Origin: Candidatus Saccharimonadota bacterium
GTDB taxonomy: Bacteria > Patescibacteriota > Gracilibacteria > BD1-5 > UBA2023
Assembly: GCA_963706795.1 (NCBI GenBank)
Contig: OY970170.1
Span: 90,001 to 122,000 of the forward strand
Direction: 5' to 3'
DNA: 32,000 bases
The position numbers and the translations under genes were made by a program. This document shows positions 29,560-32,000 of the stretch, piece by piece. Every line of letters begins with the position of its first letter. Position 1 is the first letter of the stretch. The notes beneath the pieces were generated by a model. The model did not search any database, was not told where the DNA came from, and saw nothing but the letters and a program-made list of their open reading frames with translations.

Positions 29560-30000
29560 ATGCCAAAAAAAGTCATAGATCCTCACAAAAAGGAGGTCCT
29601 CAAAGAGAGCTTTGTCGAAAAAGAACTCCTCAATGCCTCGCTCGTACAGCGTGAGCTTATGACCACTATCGATGTGCTCAACGAAAACCTCAAGATACTC
29701 AATAGCACTCTGGTGCTCATCCGCGAACACGAATTTGTGGAATTCCACAAATCCAAGTGGAAGATATTCGCCTATCAAATCCTCCTCGGAATGCTCTTTG
29801 CAATCGGAACCGTCTTTGGTCTCATCGCGCTCTCCTGGGCGAGTTATACAGTCTTTAAAGACTCAGCAATACTCCGAGACATTGTCTCAAGCCAACTCAA
29901 AATGCGAAGCTTTGATCTCACAGATATTAAAGAAAAGGCTGTGCGTGATGCAAACGGACAAAAGACAACTACAGGAACAGTGAATAACGGATCAAAATAA
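29560..30000 (+). CDS. Hypothetical membrane protein (146 aa)
   Basis: ATG-to-TAA ORF with a helical N-terminal half and a TM segment IFAYQILLGMLFAIGTVFGLIALSWASY. A terminator follows directly. Confidence 0.6.
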   Translation: MPKKVIDPHKKEVLKESFVEKELLNASLVQRELMTTIDVLNENLKILNSTLVLIREHEFVEFHKSKWKIFAYQILLGMLFAIGTVFGLIALSWASYTVFKDSAILRDIVSSQLKMRSFDLTDIKEKAVRDANGQKTTTGTVNNGSK

Positions 30001-30033
30001 AAAAATAGAGCGATAATTCGCTCTATTTTTTGT
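30001..30033. terminator. Bidirectional terminator hairpin
   Basis: ATAGAGCG (30005-30012) pairs with CGCTCTAT (30019-30026), loop ATAATT. Flanked by A5 upstream and a T-run downstream. The TAG stop of the convergent GNAT gene (30023-30025) lies inside the 3' arm. Confidence 0.8.
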
Positions 30034-30601
30034 CGTTCTGTATTACTGGTACCTGGAATGTAATATCCATTTCATCCACTCATCACCATGGGCGTATTTC
30101 TCGGGTGATTTCAACTCCACCAAAACTCTCGGCGAGTGCACGACTTCAGATATTTTTTTCGAGACATCGGTGCATCACACTCTGATACTGTGGATAGGTC
30201 TCGTGCATCCATTTGAGGATCGCAGCATATGCCTCAGATCCATATCCCCTACCCTGAAACTCAGGCGCGAGCCAGAGCCCAATCTCCGGTCCATCGGTAT
30301 CATGAAAATGAAGCCCAATCGTCCCAAGAAACTCGTTAACCGAAGTAGTATAAATAAATCGACTCAGTGCCTTCTTGTAGAATTCTTTTTGGATTTGCCC
30401 TTCTAAGAAGATTTTCTCGGCCTGAATATCTGCTGGAATGTTATAATTTACAAATCGATCAACATTCGCCCTCACAAATTTACCGTACACCTCAGCAACA
30501 TTCTCCGTATGAAACGGCACCAAACGAAGACGCTCAGTCGTGATAATTGTCTTCCAGGTGGTATCTGGATGAAATGTAATGTGAGGCGGAATATTACGCA
30601 T
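30023..30601 (-). CDS. GNAT-family N-acetyltransferase, RimJ/RimL-like (192 aa)
   Basis: ERLRLVPF...LGTIGLHFHDTDGPEIGLWLAPEFQGRGYGSEAYAAILKW is a typical GNAT core. Track ORF 30146..30601 extends through the TGA codons at 30146-30148, 30083-30085 and 30080-30082 to TAG 30023-30025. This restores the expected C-terminal ..EKNI[G]SRALAESFGGVE.. segment. Confidence 0.8.
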
Positions 30602-32000
30602 CCTTTACAACGATAGAGAATAATTTATTTGGTACAAAAATCTCTCGCACAATTACTTTTCCTTCCGTCCATTTTTTGATTTCTTCGCTTGAGTATGCAG
30701 TTGCTGCGACTTCTTCTTGGGCAACGCCATTGAGGAATTCAAAGGTCGCACGGAGTTTACCATTGACCTGGATGGCGATGGTTACGTCATCATCGATAAG
30801 CATAAATTCGTCGTATTCTGGCCACGGTGCGTGCTGGATAGATTCGCTTGAGCTATGACCGATCACATGCCAGAGTTCTTCGGCAATGTGTGGAGCAAAT
30901 GGATGGAGGAGCTTGAGATAGGATTCTTGCCACTCAGTTCGGAATTCTAGATCAGTCGGCACTCCTTCATTCATGAGGATATTGAGCGCTGTGATCGCGG
31001 TATTAAACTTAAAAGCTGGGATATCTTCTCCGACTTTTTTGATGGTTTTGTTGAGGAGCTTCATCGCCTTCATATCATCTGCGGCAGCCTTTGGAGACTC
31101 AGTAAATGAAGCATAAATTCGCTCAAGAAGTCGTTCTGCACCGGCAATTGCGTCGATATTCCAAGGCGATGGATCACGAAAATCTGAGAGTGAGAGCATA
31201 AAGATACGGAATGTATCCGTTCCATATTTTTCGACATCGCGATCTGGATTGACGACATTTCCTTTGGATTTGGACATCTTGTTCCCGTCTGGCCCGAGGA
31301 TGAGACCTGGCGAGAGGAGTTTCGCAAATGGCTCTTCGTTTGGAACCATTCAGATATCAAAAAGAACTTTATGCCAAAATCGTGCATAGAGGAGATGGAG
31401 AACCGCGTGCTCCGCCCCACCAACATACTGATCAACCGATCCCCAGTATTCGGCAACTTCTTTACCGACGAGAGCTTCGGTATTTTTTGGATCCATGAAG
31501 CGGAGATAGTACCAGCATGATCCGCCCCACTGTGGCATCGTGTTCGTCTCACGTTTTCCGGCAAGATTGGATGCAACTTGTACCTGCACGAACGAGTCTA
31601 CGGTCGCAAGTGGCGAGTTTCCATCCCCTGCTGGTTCGTAGCGCTCTACCGCTGGAAGCTCGAGCGGGAGTTTGTAGTCACAGATGATCTTGGTATAGAG
31701 TCCGTCGTGGATTTTGGAGAATTCCTTACCATCAATCATGAGATAATCACCATCATCACGTCCATCAACACTCGCGCCAGCAAGACCTACAGCAAAGTTC
31801 GGAAGTCCTGCCACATCCTTTGGATCAAGATGAATAAGCGGAATTGGCTCACCCCAGTAACGCTGACGAGAGAATAGCCAGTCGCGGAGTTTGTAATTCA
31901 CTTTTTTCTTTCCGAATCCTTCTTGTTCGGCTTTTTCAGTCATTTTGAGACGAGCATCAGCACACGTGAATAGATTAAATTCTCCAGAATTTATCAAAGC
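30594..32000 (-). CDS. leuS: Leucyl-tRNA synthetase, C-terminal ~468 aa (5' end outside the window)
   Basis: Track ORFs 31350..31997 and 30594..31349 share a frame and are joined by one TGA (31350-31352) within ...VLHLLYARFWHKVLFDI[TGA]MVPNEEPFAKLL..., followed by the class I KMSKS motif (GNKMSKSKGN). The frame is open to the window edge. TAA stop at 30594-30596. Confidence 0.92.

Overview
This 32 kb window comes from a bacterium that reads UGA as glycine (translation table 25, as in Gracilibacteria/Absconditabacteria-type CPR lineages). Under the standard code most accessory genes break into fragments. When TGA is read as Gly, every gene becomes continuous and ends in TAA or TAG. I counted roughly 95 in-frame TGA codons by hand translation.

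Gene order:
- rpoB (3' end) and rpoC.
- A 434-aa hypothetical gene.
- A tightly packed minus-strand operon: acidic coiled-coil protein, PilT-like ATPase, a six-TM protein built from three tandem VirB2/TrbC-like hairpins, and a secreted pilin-like protein.
- ybaB.
- A roughly 12 kb plus-strand locus (10454-22645): a lipoprotein, a secreted beta-helix-like protein, and a 1926-aa Sec-signal Rhs/YD-repeat polymorphic toxin. These are followed by an array of orphan Rhs-tip/toxin cassettes, each followed directly by a small membrane protein (candidate immunity).
- A minus-strand cell-wall-hydrolase cluster: two M23 peptidases (one with three SLH domains) and a membrane protein.
- An unassigned 430-bp structured noncoding region.
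- The SPFH-nfeD-rsmG operon, a small membrane protein, a GNAT acetyltransferase and leuS (partial).

The most interesting part is the Rhs locus. It contains a 1796-bp tandem duplication whose middle copy is a visible recombinant. It also carries three related but uncharacterised toxin tips that are very rich in TGA codons, and all candidate immunity proteins are integral-membrane proteins.

All calls come from manual translation and motif recognition. No database search was run.
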